Shown one piece after another: positions 27,166 through 37,323 of a stretch of DNA of 64,000 bases. Both the position numbers and the translations under genes were made by a program. The notes beneath the pieces were generated by a model. It saw only the letters and a list, made by a program, of their open reading frames with translations, was not told where the DNA came from and searched no databases. Source of the stretch: an uncultured Eubacteriales bacterium. Its GTDB lineage: Bacteria; Bacillota; Clostridia; Lachnospirales; Lachnospiraceae. Within the stretch, counting starts at the first letter, position 1. Each line of letters opens with the position of its first letter. The stretch covers positions 10,155 through 74,154 of the forward strand of contig ONKC01000003.1 of assembly GCA_900318295.1 (NCBI GenBank). The letters run 5' to 3'.

Positions 27166-30100
27166 AAGAAATGATATAAAAAAGGTATTGGTGATAGGAT
27201 CGGGACCTATCGTTATCGGCCAGGCAGCGGAGTTTGATTATGCAGGTACGCAGGCTTGTCTCGCTTTGAAAGAAGAGGGGTATGAGGTCATCCTGGCAAA
27301 CTCCAATCCCGCTACCATCATGACAGATACCACCATAGCGGATAAGGTATATATGGAGCCGCTCACTCTGGAGTTCATGGCCAGGATCTGTCGTTATGAA
27401 AGACCGGATGCCATCGTACCCGGTATCGGAGGCCAGACGGGACTGAACTTAGCTTTGCAGCTCAGCGAAAAAGGAGTTCTCGATGAGTGTGAGATAGAGC
27501 TTTTGGGAACCGATAAAGAGAGTATCCAAAGAGCAGAGGACAGAGAGCTTTTCAAAGAACTTTGCGAAGAGATCGGAGAACCTGTCATCCCTTCGCAGAT
27601 CACTTATTCTATCGAAGAGGGATTGAAGGCAGCAGAGGAGATCGGGTATCCGGTTATCCTTCGTCCGGCGTTCACCCTCGGCGGAACGGGTGGTGGATTT
27701 GCCTACGATAAAGAAGAGATGAAGATAAAGATGGAGCATGCCTTGGAGGCTTCACCCGTACATCAGGTACTCGTAGAAAAAAGTATACGAGGATACAAAG
27801 AGATCGAGTATGAGGTTATCCGTGATGCAAATGACACCGCGATAGTAGTCTGCAACATGGAGAACTTGGACCCTGTCGGGATCCATACCGGAGACTCGAT
27901 AGTAGTCGCACCTTCACAGACTCTGACCAACAGAGAATATCATATGCTCAGAGACTCGGCTCTAAAGATCATCCGTGCATTAAAAGTAGAGGGCGGATGT
28001 AATGTCCAGTATGCGCTTGATCCAGAGAGCTTCCGTTACTATGTGATCGAGGTTAATCCGCGTGTGTCAAGATCATCAGCACTCGCATCAAAGGCGAGCG
28101 GATATCCGATCGCGAGAGTGTCGGCAAAGATCGCAGTCGGTATGCGACTTGATGAGATACAGCTTGCAAACACACCTGCATGCTTTGAGCCGTCACTTGA
28201 CTATGTAGTTACAAAAATGCCACGATTCCCGTTTGATAAGTTTACTACCGCATCAAACACGCTTTCCACCCAGATGAAGGCGACAGGTGAGGTCATGAGT
28301 GTCGGACGCACGATGGAGGAGAGCTTACTTAAAGCGATAAGGTCTTTGGAGGACGGTAAAAATCATATCCATCTCGAGAAGTTTGACTCAAAAAATATGT
28401 CTGTCGACGAGCTTTTAGATTATATAAAAGAAGGAACCGATGACAGGATATATGCGATCGCTCAGCTGATGTGGATGGGTGTCGATCCGTCTGTTATTAA
28501 TCAGCGAACAATGATCGATATGTTCTTCCTCGACAAGATAAAAAATATAGTATTATTTGAGAAAGAAATAGAGGGTGCACACCTCACAAGAGAGCTTGTA
28601 ATAAAAGCAAAAAGGATCGGTTTTTCAGACTCTTATATCGCCGAGCTGACTCAGAAAACAGAGGATGAAATATGGAAGTTCAGACGTGAAGAAAAGATCA
28701 GTCCGGTATATAAAATGATCGATACCTGCGCAAGCGAGTTTGAAAGCTATGTACCTTATTTTTACTCTACTTATGAGGAAGAAAATGAGAGTATAGTAAG
28801 TGATAAAGAAAAGATAATTGTACTTGGAAGCGGACCGATAAGGATCGGTCAGGGAGTCGAGTTTGATTACTCAACAGTCCATGCGATAAGAGCGATAAGA
28901 GAGCTCGGTTACGAAGCGATTGTTATTAATAATAACCCGGAGACTGTATCCACGGATTATACCACCGCTGACAAGCTTTACTTCGAGCCTTTGACCATCG
29001 AGGATATCATGAATATCATCGATCTCGAAAAGCCGAAGGGAGTGATAGTAACACTCGGCGGACAGACTGCCGTGAACCTTGCCGAGCCTCTTACAAGAAG
29101 AGGTGTAAAGATCATCGGTACAGACAGTGAGGCTATCGATAAGGCAGAGGACAGAGATTCATTTGAGTCTGTGATAAGAGAGCTTGATATCCCGCATCCG
29201 ACAGGTGAGGCGGTAACAAGTATAGAGGCCGGTGTAGAGGCAGCAAAGAGGATCGGTTATCCGGTACTTGTCCGTCCGAGCTTCGTACTCGGAGGACGTG
29301 CGATGGAGATCGTCGCAAATGAAGAGATGCTTCGTACTTATCTTAAAAATGCGGTTGAAGTAGATGTAGATAAGCCTGTTTTGGTAGACCGTTATATCGT
29401 CGGAAAAGAAGTCGAGGTCGATGCGATCTGTGATGGTGAGGATGTATTTATCCCGGGTATCATGGAGCTTGTGGAAAGGACCGGTGTCCACTCCGGAGAT
29501 TCGACAAGTGTTTATCCGCCGTTCTCTATCTCGGAAAAAGTAAAAGACACAATCCGAGAGTACACCACGAGGATCGGAAAAGGTATCGGTATAGTTGGTC
29601 TTTTCAACATCCAGTATATAGTTGACGGAGAAGAGGTTTACATCATAGAAGTAAATCCCAGAGCGAGCCGAAGCGTGCCATTTTTATCAAAGAGCACGGG
29701 CTTTTCTCTGGTAGGTATCGCTACGAAGGCGATGCTCGGAGTGTCAATAAGAGATCAGGGTATAGAAAGCATGTATCCGGCGGAGAAGCAGTATCACTTT
29801 GTGAAGGCACCTGCGTTCTCATTTGAAAAGCTGGCCGGGATGGATGCGTATCTCTCACCTGAGATGAAGTCGACGGGTGAGGCGATAGGATATGATTCGC
29901 AGCTTAATCGAGCATTTTATAAAGCGCTTCAGGCTTCCGGCATAAAAATGAAGGAGTACGGAACTGTCGTAGTAACACTCGCCGATGAGGACAAGGAGGA
30001 AGCACTGCCGCTGGTAGAGAGGTTCTATCAGCTTGGCTTCAATATCGAAGCGACACCGGGTACCGCGACATTTTTAAAGAATCACGGAGTCAGAACGCGT

Positions 30101-30337
30101 ATGAGAGGAAAGCTTTCGGAGGGAAGCGACGAGATCCTCAGGTCGATACGCGCAGGCTATGTCAGCTACATCCTGAATACCAGGGCGATACTTTCTGGCG
30201 TGCACTATGAGGACGGTGTGGCGATCAGAAAGTGTGCGGTCGCAAACGGAGTGACGATGTTTACATCGCTCGATACTGTAAGAATTCTTTTGGATGTTTT
30301 AGAGGAGATATCACCGCGCATCAGAGCGCTGGAGTAG
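27158..30337 (+). CDS. carB: Carbamoyl-phosphate synthase large subunit
   Basis: '[17 protein letters not shown]', two ATP-grasp halves ('[10 protein letters not shown]', 'EVNPRASRS'), C-terminal MGS domain. Overlaps the carA stop. Confidence 0.96.
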   Translation: MPKRNDIKKVLVIGSGPIVIGQAAEFDYAGTQACLALKEEGYEVILANSNPATIMTDTTIADKVYMEPLTLEFMARICRYERPDAIVPGIGGQTGLNLALQLSEKGVLDECEIELLGTDKESIQRAEDRELFKELCEEIGEPVIPSQITYSIEEGLKAAEEIGYPVILRPAFTLGGTGGGFAYDKEEMKIKMEHALEASPVHQVLVEKSIRGYKEIEYEVIRDANDTAIVVCNMENLDPVGIHTGDSIVVAPSQTLTNREYHMLRDSALKIIRALKVEGGCNVQYALDPESFRYYVIEVNPRVSRSSALASKASGYPIARVSAKIAVGMRLDEIQLANTPACFEPSLDYVVTKMPRFPFDKFTTASNTLSTQMKATGEVMSVGRTMEESLLKAIRSLEDGKNHIHLEKFDSKNMSVDELLDYIKEGTDDRIYAIAQLMWMGVDPSVINQRTMIDMFFLDKIKNIVLFEKEIEGAHLTRELVIKAKRIGFSDSYIAELTQKTEDEIWKFRREEKISPVYKMIDTCASEFESYVPYFYSTYEEENESIVSDKEKIIVLGSGPIRIGQGVEFDYSTVHAIRAIRELGYEAIVINNNPETVSTDYTTADKLYFEPLTIEDIMNIIDLEKPKGVIVTLGGQTAVNLAEPLTRRGVKIIGTDSEAIDKAEDRDSFESVIRELDIPHPTGEAVTSIEAGVEAAKRIGYPVLVRPSFVLGGRAMEIVANEEMLRTYLKNAVEVDVDKPVLVDRYIVGKEVEVDAICDGEDVFIPGIMELVERTGVHSGDSTSVYPPFSISEKVKDTIREYTTRIGKGIGIVGLFNIQYIVDGEEVYIIEVNPRASRSVPFLSKSTGFSLVGIATKAMLGVSIRDQGIESMYPAEKQYHFVKAPAFSFEKLAGMDAYLSPEMKSTGEAIGYDSQLNRAFYKALQASGIKMKEYGTVVVTLADEDKEEALPLVERFYQLGFNIEATPGTATFLKNHGVRTRMRGKLSEGSDEILRSIRAGYVSYILNTRAILSGVHYEDGVAIRKCAVANGVTMFTSLDTVRILLDVLEEISPRIRALE

Positions 30338-30418
30338 GTGAATCAGAGTGATACAGTGTATGGCAAAAGCTGCGTGCAGTCTTGATCCGGGCTGTGATGC
30401 ATGGAAAGGAAGGAAACT

Positions 30419-31588
30419 ATGACCTATACTAAAGAAGAGATAATGCAATACATGGAGGAGGAAGACGTTAAGTTTATACGTCTTATGTTCCGTGATGCAT
30501 TCGGCGTGCAGAAAAATATCTCGATAATGCCGACCGAGTTAAAAAAAGCTTTCGAGGGTGGCATAGGAATCAATGCGAGGAGAATCCCGGGCTTCGAAAG
30601 GAGTGAGACCGCGGAGCTCTATCTGGTGCCGGATCCCGAGACCATCACTGTGCTTCCGTGGAGACCGGAGAGCGGAAGGGTCGTCAGGATGTACTGCGAC
30701 GTGTGCGGTCCTGATCGTACACCTCAGAAAAATGACACGCGTGTGATGCTTAAAAATGCGATCGAGCATGCTAAAAAAGAGGGTATAGAGTTTAAGTTCG
30801 GATCAAAGTCTGAGTTCTATCTTTTCAAGCTTGATGACGAGGGAAACCGCACCGAGATCCCTTATGATGATGCCGGATATATGGATATCGCACCTCTCGA
30901 TATGGGTGAAAATATCCGTCGTGAGATATGTCTTACTATCGAGAGGATGGGGCTTCGTCCGGAGCGCTCGCACCATGAGCAGGGACCTGGTCAGAATGAG
31001 ATAGATTTCCATCACGGCGAGCCGCTGACGGCAGCGGATCAGATGTCTACTTTTATGATGGCGGTGCAGACTATCGCCGGGAGGAACGGATTGTATGCTG
31101 ACTTCTCACCGGTCCCTATAAAGGATATGCCCGGTAACGGTTATCATATAAACATGTACGCTTCGGATGCACAGGGTAATGATGTATGTCGATATGCGGC
31201 AGCGGGAATACTTGATAAGATTAGAGAGATCACTCTGTTTTTAAATCCGAGTGAAAACTCCTATCGCAGGTTCGGGACCAACACAGCGCCGGATCGTATA
31301 AACTGGACGGCAGAGGGCGAGACCTCACTTATGCATGTGTCTGAAAAACTCGGAGGAATAAGAGCTGAGCTTCGTTCGCCGGATGCTCTTTCTAATCCTT
31401 ATCTGGCTTACTCGATCCTTATCGAAGCGGGCCTGTATGGAATTAAAAATAAGCTCGAGCTGCCGGAAGAAACAGGTGATGAAAATCTCCTTCCGCAGTC
31501 ACTAAAAGAAGCGAGAGAAATCGCGGCAAAAAGTGAGTTTATAAAGAGTATTGTTTCTGAAGATATTTTTGATGAATATATGGGTTGA
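30419..31588 (+). CDS. Glutamine synthetase type I-fold protein, probably catalytically inactive
   Basis: Colinear with GSI ('VKFIRL', 'HHEQGPGQNEIDF', 'RAELRSPDALSNPYL'), but 'GPEPEF' reads 'GSKSEF', 'GYEAP' reads 'NTAP', 'NRSPLIRIP' reads 'GETSLMHVS'. The C-terminal tail is absent. Confidence 0.85.
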   Translation: MTYTKEEIMQYMEEEDVKFIRLMFRDAFGVQKNISIMPTELKKAFEGGIGINARRIPGFERSETAELYLVPDPETITVLPWRPESGRVVRMYCDVCGPDRTPQKNDTRVMLKNAIEHAKKEGIEFKFGSKSEFYLFKLDDEGNRTEIPYDDAGYMDIAPLDMGENIRREICLTIERMGLRPERSHHEQGPGQNEIDFHHGEPLTAADQMSTFMMAVQTIAGRNGLYADFSPVPIKDMPGNGYHINMYASDAQGNDVCRYAAAGILDKIREITLFLNPSENSYRRFGTNTAPDRINWTAEGETSLMHVSEKLGGIRAELRSPDALSNPYLAYSILIEAGLYGIKNKLELPEETGDENLLPQSLKEAREIAAKSEFIKSIVSEDIFDEYMG

Positions 31589-31594
31589 TAGTAT

Positions 31595-32179
31595 ATGGCT
31601 GATGGAAGCGTAAGACAACACGATATACTGATCGTCTCGTCAAACGAGAAGTTCAGTGACAGTGTGACGCGGGCTCTCTCGGACGGGAGATACCGCGATG
31701 TTGACGTGCGCAAAAGTGCTTCCGCAGCCCGCAGAGAACTCCTCGAAAAAAGCTATGATGTAGCTATGATAAACATGCCTCTTTCGGATGAGCCGGGAGT
31801 GGATCTCGCGATAGATATCGCATCGACTTATCCCACCGGAGTGCTGATAATAGCTTCCTCGGAGATCAGTGAAGACGTCGCGGAAAAGGTAACAGACGAC
31901 GGAATAATAGTGATCGCCAAGCCCGCTTCCGCACGCATCGTAAAGCGTGCTGTCAGGGTTTTATGTGCCCTCCTCGATAAGCTGAAAAAATCCGAAAAAA
32001 AAGTCCTCACTCTGGAGGAAAAGATGGAAGAGATCCGCATCGTAAATCGTGCGAAATGGAAGCTTATAGATGAGAAAAAAATGGGCGAAGATGAAGCCCA
32101 TCGCTACATCGGGAAGCTGGCGATGGATAAGTGCATCTCAAAAGGGGATGCTGCGAGAGAAATATTAGGAGGGATCTAA
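31595..32179 (+). CDS. ANTAR-domain antiterminator with a pseudo-receiver domain (NitR/EutV-like architecture)
   Basis: C-terminal ANTAR 'IVNRAKWKLI..KMGEDEAHRYIGKLAMDKCISKGDAAREIL'. Receiver has 'IVSS' in place of 'IVDD' and 'INMP' in place of 'D.MP'. Confidence 0.9.
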   Translation: MADGSVRQHDILIVSSNEKFSDSVTRALSDGRYRDVDVRKSASAARRELLEKSYDVAMINMPLSDEPGVDLAIDIASTYPTGVLIIASSEISEDVAEKVTDDGIIVIAKPASARIVKRAVRVLCALLDKLKKSEKKVLTLEEKMEEIRIVNRAKWKLIDEKKMGEDEAHRYIGKLAMDKCISKGDAAREILGGI

Positions 32180-32198
32180 AAGATCCCTCCCCTTTTTT
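32168..32198 (+). terminator. Intrinsic terminator ending the nitrogen cluster
   Basis: GGAGGGATCT-aaa-AGATCCCTCC plus T6, overlapping the stop codon. Confidence 0.85.
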
Positions 32199-32274
32199 GT
32201 TTGATTTCGGATCATTTTTCAACCTGTAAAAACACACATATTTTAGCATTGTGCACCGGGAAAGTCAATGTTCC

Positions 32275-32303
32275 TTGACAAAACCGCCTATTTGTGGTAT
32301 ATT
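32275..32303 (+). promoter_or_regulatory. SigA promoter of trpB2
   Basis: TTGACA-N17-TATATT. Confidence 0.7.
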
Positions 32304-32375
32304 TCCTTACATATTTATATGGTGTCACGGATGCCAGGAAAAATATTGAAGGGAAAATGATTGGAGGACAGTGAA

Positions 32376-33740
32376 ATGAGTGAAATACCTTACAAAATCT
32401 ATCTCGAAGAAAGTGAGATGCCAAAAGAGTGGTATAACGTACGTGCCGATATGAAAAATAAACCGGCACCGCTTCTTAACCCGGGCACGGGTCAGCCGCT
32501 TAATGCTGAGGAGCTCGGCGCGGTATTCTGCGATGAGCTGGTAGCTCAGGAGCTTGATAATGATACAGCATTTATCGAGATACCACAGGAGATCAGAGAT
32601 TTCTACAAGATGTATCGTCCGTCACCTTTGGTGCGTGCGTACTGTCTCGAGAAAAAGCTCGGCACTCCGGCAAAGATCTACTATAAGTTTGAGGGTAATA
32701 ATACAAGCGGTTCACATAAGTTAAACTCAGCTATCGCGCAGGCATACTATGCGAAGAAGCAGGGACTTAAGGGTGTGACCACAGAGACCGGAGCAGGCCA
32801 GTGGGGTACGGCACTTTCGATGGCATGTGCTTATCTTGATCTCGATTGTAAGGTTTACATGGTTAAGGTTTCATATGAGCAGAAGCCTTTTAGAAGAGAG
32901 GTTATGCGCACATATGGCGCGACAGTAACACCGTCACCGTCAGAGACGACAGAGGTTGGTAAAAAGATCCTCGCTGAGCACCCGGGTACGACAGGAAGTC
33001 TTGGATGTGCGATCTCAGAGGCTGTCGAGGTGGCAGGAAGAGATCCGGGATACAGATATGTGCTCGGTAGTGTACTTAACCAGGTGCTTTTGCATCAGTC
33101 AGTCATCGGTCTGGAGACCAAGGCTGCTCTTGATAAATACGGAATCAAACCGGACATCATCATCGGATGTGCAGGAGGCGGATCAAACCTCGGCGGACTG
33201 ATCTCCCCATTCATGGGAGAGAAGCTTCGCGGGGAGGCTGACTACCGCATCATCGCAGTAGAGCCGGCATCATGCCCGAGCTTCACACGCGGTACATATG
33301 CATATGACTTCTGCGATACAGGTATGATCTGTCCGCTTGCAAAAATGTATACACTGGGAAGTAGCTTCATCCCGAGTGCAAACCATGCCGGAGGACTTCG
33401 CTTCCACGGCATGAGCCCGACACTTTCACAGCTTTATCATGACGGATACATGGAGGCAACAAGTGTAGAGCAGACAGCAGTATTTGAGGCCGCTGAGCAG
33501 TTTGCAAGAGTCGAAGGAATCCTTCCTGCACCGGAGAGTTCACATGCTATCCGCGCTGCTATCGACGAGGCGCTCAAGTGCAAGGAGACCGGCGAGGAAA
33601 AGACCATCGTATTTGGTCTGACCGGAACAGGTTACTTCGATATGGTTGCTTATGAGAAGTTCAATAACGGTGAAATGAGTGATACAATTCCGACTGATGA
33701 GGAGATCGCAGCGAGCATCGCGAAGCTCCCGAAGGTCTGA
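32376..33740 (+). CDS. trpB: Stand-alone tryptophan synthase beta-like enzyme (TrpB2)
   Basis: PLP Lys motif 'SGSHKLNSA', 'TETGAGQWG', 'GGGSNLGG', 'HAGGLRFHG', 'PAPESSHA'. Long N-terminus typical of TrpB2. ATG 32376 follows GGAGG. Confidence 0.9.
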   Translation: MSEIPYKIYLEESEMPKEWYNVRADMKNKPAPLLNPGTGQPLNAEELGAVFCDELVAQELDNDTAFIEIPQEIRDFYKMYRPSPLVRAYCLEKKLGTPAKIYYKFEGNNTSGSHKLNSAIAQAYYAKKQGLKGVTTETGAGQWGTALSMACAYLDLDCKVYMVKVSYEQKPFRREVMRTYGATVTPSPSETTEVGKKILAEHPGTTGSLGCAISEAVEVAGRDPGYRYVLGSVLNQVLLHQSVIGLETKAALDKYGIKPDIIIGCAGGGSNLGGLISPFMGEKLRGEADYRIIAVEPASCPSFTRGTYAYDFCDTGMICPLAKMYTLGSSFIPSANHAGGLRFHGMSPTLSQLYHDGYMEATSVEQTAVFEAAEQFARVEGILPAPESSHAIRAAIDEALKCKETGEEKTIVFGLTGTGYFDMVAYEKFNNGEMSDTIPTDEEIAASIAKLPKV

Positions 33741-33756
33741 AAGAATTATGTTATAA

Positions 33757-33798
33757 CACTGAGGAGGCGGAGAGATTCGCCTCCTTCGGTGCATTTTT
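33757..33798 (+). terminator. Probable terminator after trpB2
   Basis: CACTGAGGAGGCGGA / TCGCCTCCTTCGGTG followed by CATTTTT. Confidence 0.65.
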
Positions 33799-33826
33799 AC
33801 AATAGTGATTAAGGAGACTGAAAGTA

Positions 33827-35560
33827 ATGGAAATCACAGGCGCGCAGCTTTTTGTCAAGGCACTGCAAAAGGAAAATGTTGACACTTTGTTTGCTTATCC
33901 GGGAGGACAGGCGATCGATCTTTTTGATGCGCTCTACGGGGTGAAGGATATAAACATGATCCTGCCTCGCCACGAGCAGGGACTCGTACACGCGGCTGAT
34001 GGGTATGCGAGAGCGACGGGAAAGGTAGGAGTGTGTCTGGTCACGAGCGGACCGGGAGCGACGAACCTTGTCACCGGTATCGCGACGGCAAACTATGACA
34101 GTGTTCCTTTGGTCTGCTTCACCGGTCAGGTGCCGATGAATCTGATCGGAAACGATGCTTTCCAGGAGGCTGACATCGTCGGCATCACGAGAAATATAAG
34201 CAAATGGTCGACGACGGTAAGACGACGTGAGGACCTGGCTGCGACCATCAAAAAAGCATTTTATATAGCGCGCTCGGGTAAGCCGGGAGTCGTTTTGGTA
34301 GACCTTCCGAAAAATATCCAGCTCGAGCTCGGCTCTGATGAGTATCCGGAAGAGGATATCGATATCCGCAGTTATAAACCGAATACAGAAGTACATATCG
34401 GTCAGGTAAAGCGTGCCGTACGTATAATGAAAAAAGCGGAGAAGCCTTTATTTTTACTCGGAGGCGGTGTGAATGTCGCCAGGGTAAATGAAGAGATGAC
34501 CGCACTCGCAGAGAAGCTTCAGATCCCTGTGATCACGACCATCATGGGTAAGGGAGCTATACCTACGGACCACCCGCTTTTCATCGGTAACCTCGGTATA
34601 CACGGTAGTGTTGCGGCAAACAGAGCGGTGTGTGAATGTGATGTTTTGATAAGTATCGGTTCTAGATTTAATGATAGAATAACAGGAAAAATAGATGAGT
34701 TTGCAAAGAACGCAAAGATCATACATTTCGATATAGATACCGCTTCGATATCGAGAAATATAAAAGTAGATATTCCGATAGTAGGTGATGCGGGAAATGC
34801 TATCGCTGCACTTGATGAATATGTACCACCGCTTGATACAAAGAAGTGGGTTGATAAGGTTACGGCGTGGAAAGAAGAGCATCCTATCGATGAGACTAAA
34901 AAGGATGTTGCCGGCGTCACTCCGTACAAAATAATAACGGAAATAAATAAGCAATTTGATAAGGCGGTCATCACTACCGATGTCGGTCAGAACCAGATGT
35001 GGACGACTCAGTTTATCGAGATAACAAAGGATAAAAGATTGTGTACATCAGGTGGTCTGGGAACGATGGGTTATGGCTTCCCGGCAGCTATCGGAGCGAA
35101 GCTCGGATGCCCTGATCATGCTGTGATATCGGTAAACGGTGACGGTGGATTTCAGATGAATCTGCAGGAACTAGCAACCGCAGTCGTGTATGAATTACCT
35201 GTTATTATTTGCGTATTTAATAACGGATATCTTGGAAATGTTCGTCAGTGGCAGGAGCTTTTTTACGGACATAAGTATTCATCGACATGCTTGAAAAGAA
35301 GAAAGAGTTGTCCGCTTGTATGTGATCATCCGAGAGAGGACTGTCCGAAGTACACACCTGATTTTGTGAAGCTTGCAGAGAGTTACGGAGCAAAGGGAAT
35401 CAGAGTGGAAAAAGAAGAAGATATCGCTAAAGCGTTTAAAAAGGCGGCAAAGGAAACAAAAGTACCGACGCTCATCGAGTTTATCATCGATCGCGAGGAA
35501 AATGTAATGCCTATGGTACCGCCGGGAAAACCGCTTGATGATGTCATCATGGGTGATTGA
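33827..35560 (+). CDS. ilvB: Acetolactate synthase large subunit
   Basis: 'AYPGG', 'RHEQG', 'TSGPGATN', 'DVGQNQMW', 'GGLGTMGYG', TPP motif 'GDGGFQMN...NN'. Confidence 0.95.
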   Translation: MEITGAQLFVKALQKENVDTLFAYPGGQAIDLFDALYGVKDINMILPRHEQGLVHAADGYARATGKVGVCLVTSGPGATNLVTGIATANYDSVPLVCFTGQVPMNLIGNDAFQEADIVGITRNISKWSTTVRRREDLAATIKKAFYIARSGKPGVVLVDLPKNIQLELGSDEYPEEDIDIRSYKPNTEVHIGQVKRAVRIMKKAEKPLFLLGGGVNVARVNEEMTALAEKLQIPVITTIMGKGAIPTDHPLFIGNLGIHGSVAANRAVCECDVLISIGSRFNDRITGKIDEFAKNAKIIHFDIDTASISRNIKVDIPIVGDAGNAIAALDEYVPPLDTKKWVDKVTAWKEEHPIDETKKDVAGVTPYKIITEINKQFDKAVITTDVGQNQMWTTQFIEITKDKRLCTSGGLGTMGYGFPAAIGAKLGCPDHAVISVNGDGGFQMNLQELATAVVYELPVIICVFNNGYLGNVRQWQELFYGHKYSSTCLKRRKSCPLVCDHPREDCPKYTPDFVKLAESYGAKGIRVEKEEDIAKAFKKAAKETKVPTLIEFIIDREENVMPMVPPGKPLDDVIMGD

Positions 35561-35631
35561 TGGACGGATATTTTTACAAAAAGATATACACTTACTTTTG
35601 TGAGAAGTAAGCAAGACTAAGGAGATATGGC

Positions 35632-36150
35632 ATGGAAGAATCAACATTAAAAAAACGATGCATAAGCCTTTTTGTTGAGAACGAGATCGGTGTGCTCGCG
35701 TATATATCGGGACTTTTTTCAGGCAAGGGTTATAACCTTGATTCACTCACAGTAGGTACGACTCTTGATCCGACGATCTCGCGTATGACCATCACTCTTA
35801 CAAGTGATGATATGACCTTTGAGCAGATCAAAAAACAGCTCAACAGAAGTGTTCCCGTGATCAGGGTCGTAGACTTCGCCGGCGCGGATATTTTTATGAA
35901 AGAGCTGATGTATGTCAAGGTCATGGGATGTACCGATGAAGAGATGAAAAAGATCGCAAAGATCGCGGAAAAATATGATACGACTATCATTGATTGTGTA
36001 TCTGATTCCATGCTTATGGAGTGTTTGGATACCGAAAAAGACAACGATGCTCTACTTGAAAAATTAAAGAAATATTTCAACGGACGTATGGAGATAGTTC
36101 GCGGCGGAAGCGTAGCGATCGAGGCGCTGCAAGCCAAAAAGGAGCAGTAA
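35632..36150 (+). CDS. ilvN: Acetolactate synthase small (regulatory) subunit
   Basis: ACT domain 'VENEIGVLAYISGLFSGKGYNLDSLTVG', C-terminal 'EIVRGG'. Follows ilvB. Confidence 0.88.
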   Translation: MEESTLKKRCISLFVENEIGVLAYISGLFSGKGYNLDSLTVGTTLDPTISRMTITLTSDDMTFEQIKKQLNRSVPVIRVVDFAGADIFMKELMYVKVMGCTDEEMKKIAKIAEKYDTTIIDCVSDSMLMECLDTEKDNDALLEKLKKYFNGRMEIVRGGSVAIEALQAKKEQ

Positions 36151-37205
36151 TGTATCGTTTGTATGAGTGGACTGCGATAATGCTTTTGTGTCTGGCAGGG
36201 CTTGTCATGTCGGATAACTATGTTGTTCCTGTAGCTGTAGCCATAGGTCTGATCGCGGTGTCCACTGTAGTACATCTGCTCAGTAGGAGTATTTTTTCAG
36301 CTATTATTCTTTTTGTAGCCTGTGGAGTATGCGGATGGGTTCCGCTTGTGTTTTGCGGGTTGCCTGTGTTTATGTATGAAGCGATGCGGGAGGAAAGATG
36401 GTTTCTGGTCCTGCCATCGCTTCTTGTATTATTACATACGGATGCACTTGAGCCGGCGCAGTATATAGTTGCTTTGTCGGGCGCGGGAGTGTCAGTGCTT
36501 CTATACTATATGATGTCGAGGATCGAGGATTCCGTAGAAAAATACCACGTTCTGAGAGATGAGCTTGTAGAAAAAAATGCGATCCTGGAGAGTCAGAATC
36601 AAAGGCTTAAGGAGGCACAAAATAACGAAGTACATCTGGCTACGATGAAGGAGAGAAACCGCATCGCCAGAGAGATACATGACAATGTCGGACATATGCT
36701 TACGAGATCTCTTTTGCAGTCCGGTGCTCTTATGATAGCAAACAAGGATGAAAACCTGAAGGAGCCTTTGGAAGGATTAAATGCCACCCTGGATCAGGCG
36801 ATGACGAGCATACGTGAGAGTGTGCATGATCTGCATGATGAGTCGATAGATCTGCAAGCGGTGATCATCGAGAACTTAAAGACTGCCGAGCACAGGTTTA
36901 AGACCTCGTTTAGTTATGAGATAAAGGCCGGGCTTCCTACGTCGGTAAAACTATGTTTTGCCGGGATAGTAAAGGAAGCAGTATCAAATGCGGTAAAGCA
37001 TTCGAACGGTGATAAGATAGAGGTGACGGTCGGAGAAAAGCCGGGTGTATATGAGCTGATAATATCCGATAACGGCAAAGCCGGAGAGATAAGACAGACC
37101 GGGATCGGTCTGTCAAATATGCGCGATAGAGTCGGACAGCTGCAGGGACATATCGAGTTTATCACGGACAACGGTTTTGTTATCAGAGCAGGCATACCAA
37201 GGTAA
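36150..37205 (+). CDS. Membrane sensor histidine kinase (HisKA_3, NarL-type partner)
   Basis: 'ERNRIAREIHDNVGH', 'EAVSNAVKHS', 'DNG', 'GIGLSNMRDRV'. TM-rich N-terminus. TAATG overlap with ilvN. Confidence 0.9.
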   Translation: MYRLYEWTAIMLLCLAGLVMSDNYVVPVAVAIGLIAVSTVVHLLSRSIFSAIILFVACGVCGWVPLVFCGLPVFMYEAMREERWFLVLPSLLVLLHTDALEPAQYIVALSGAGVSVLLYYMMSRIEDSVEKYHVLRDELVEKNAILESQNQRLKEAQNNEVHLATMKERNRIAREIHDNVGHMLTRSLLQSGALMIANKDENLKEPLEGLNATLDQAMTSIRESVHDLHDESIDLQAVIIENLKTAEHRFKTSFSYEIKAGLPTSVKLCFAGIVKEAVSNAVKHSNGDKIEVTVGEKPGVYELIISDNGKAGEIRQTGIGLSNMRDRVGQLQGHIEFITDNGFVIRAGIPR

Positions 37206-37222
37206 AAAAATGGACGTGCCAT

Positions 37223-37301
37223 GCGCTCGCGCGGTCGGAGTATATATTCCTCGCTCGTCCTTATAAAGGACTCCTCGGAATATATCTCCTGCCGCGAGCG
37301 C
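37223..37301. repeat. 79-bp imperfect palindrome sitting on the 5' end of the response regulator gene
   Basis: GCGCTCGCG..GGAGTATATATTCC..GTCCTT-at-AAGGAC..GGAATATATCTCC..CGCGAGCGC. Confidence 0.8.
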
Positions 37302-37323
37302 GGGATGTAGGGACGATAAACTG

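Noticed and set aside
30362-30402. Hairpin between carB and the GS-like gene as a fourth ANTAR leader
   Set aside because: No GAGGC-AARGGC-GTCTC core, no U-tract and no promoter.
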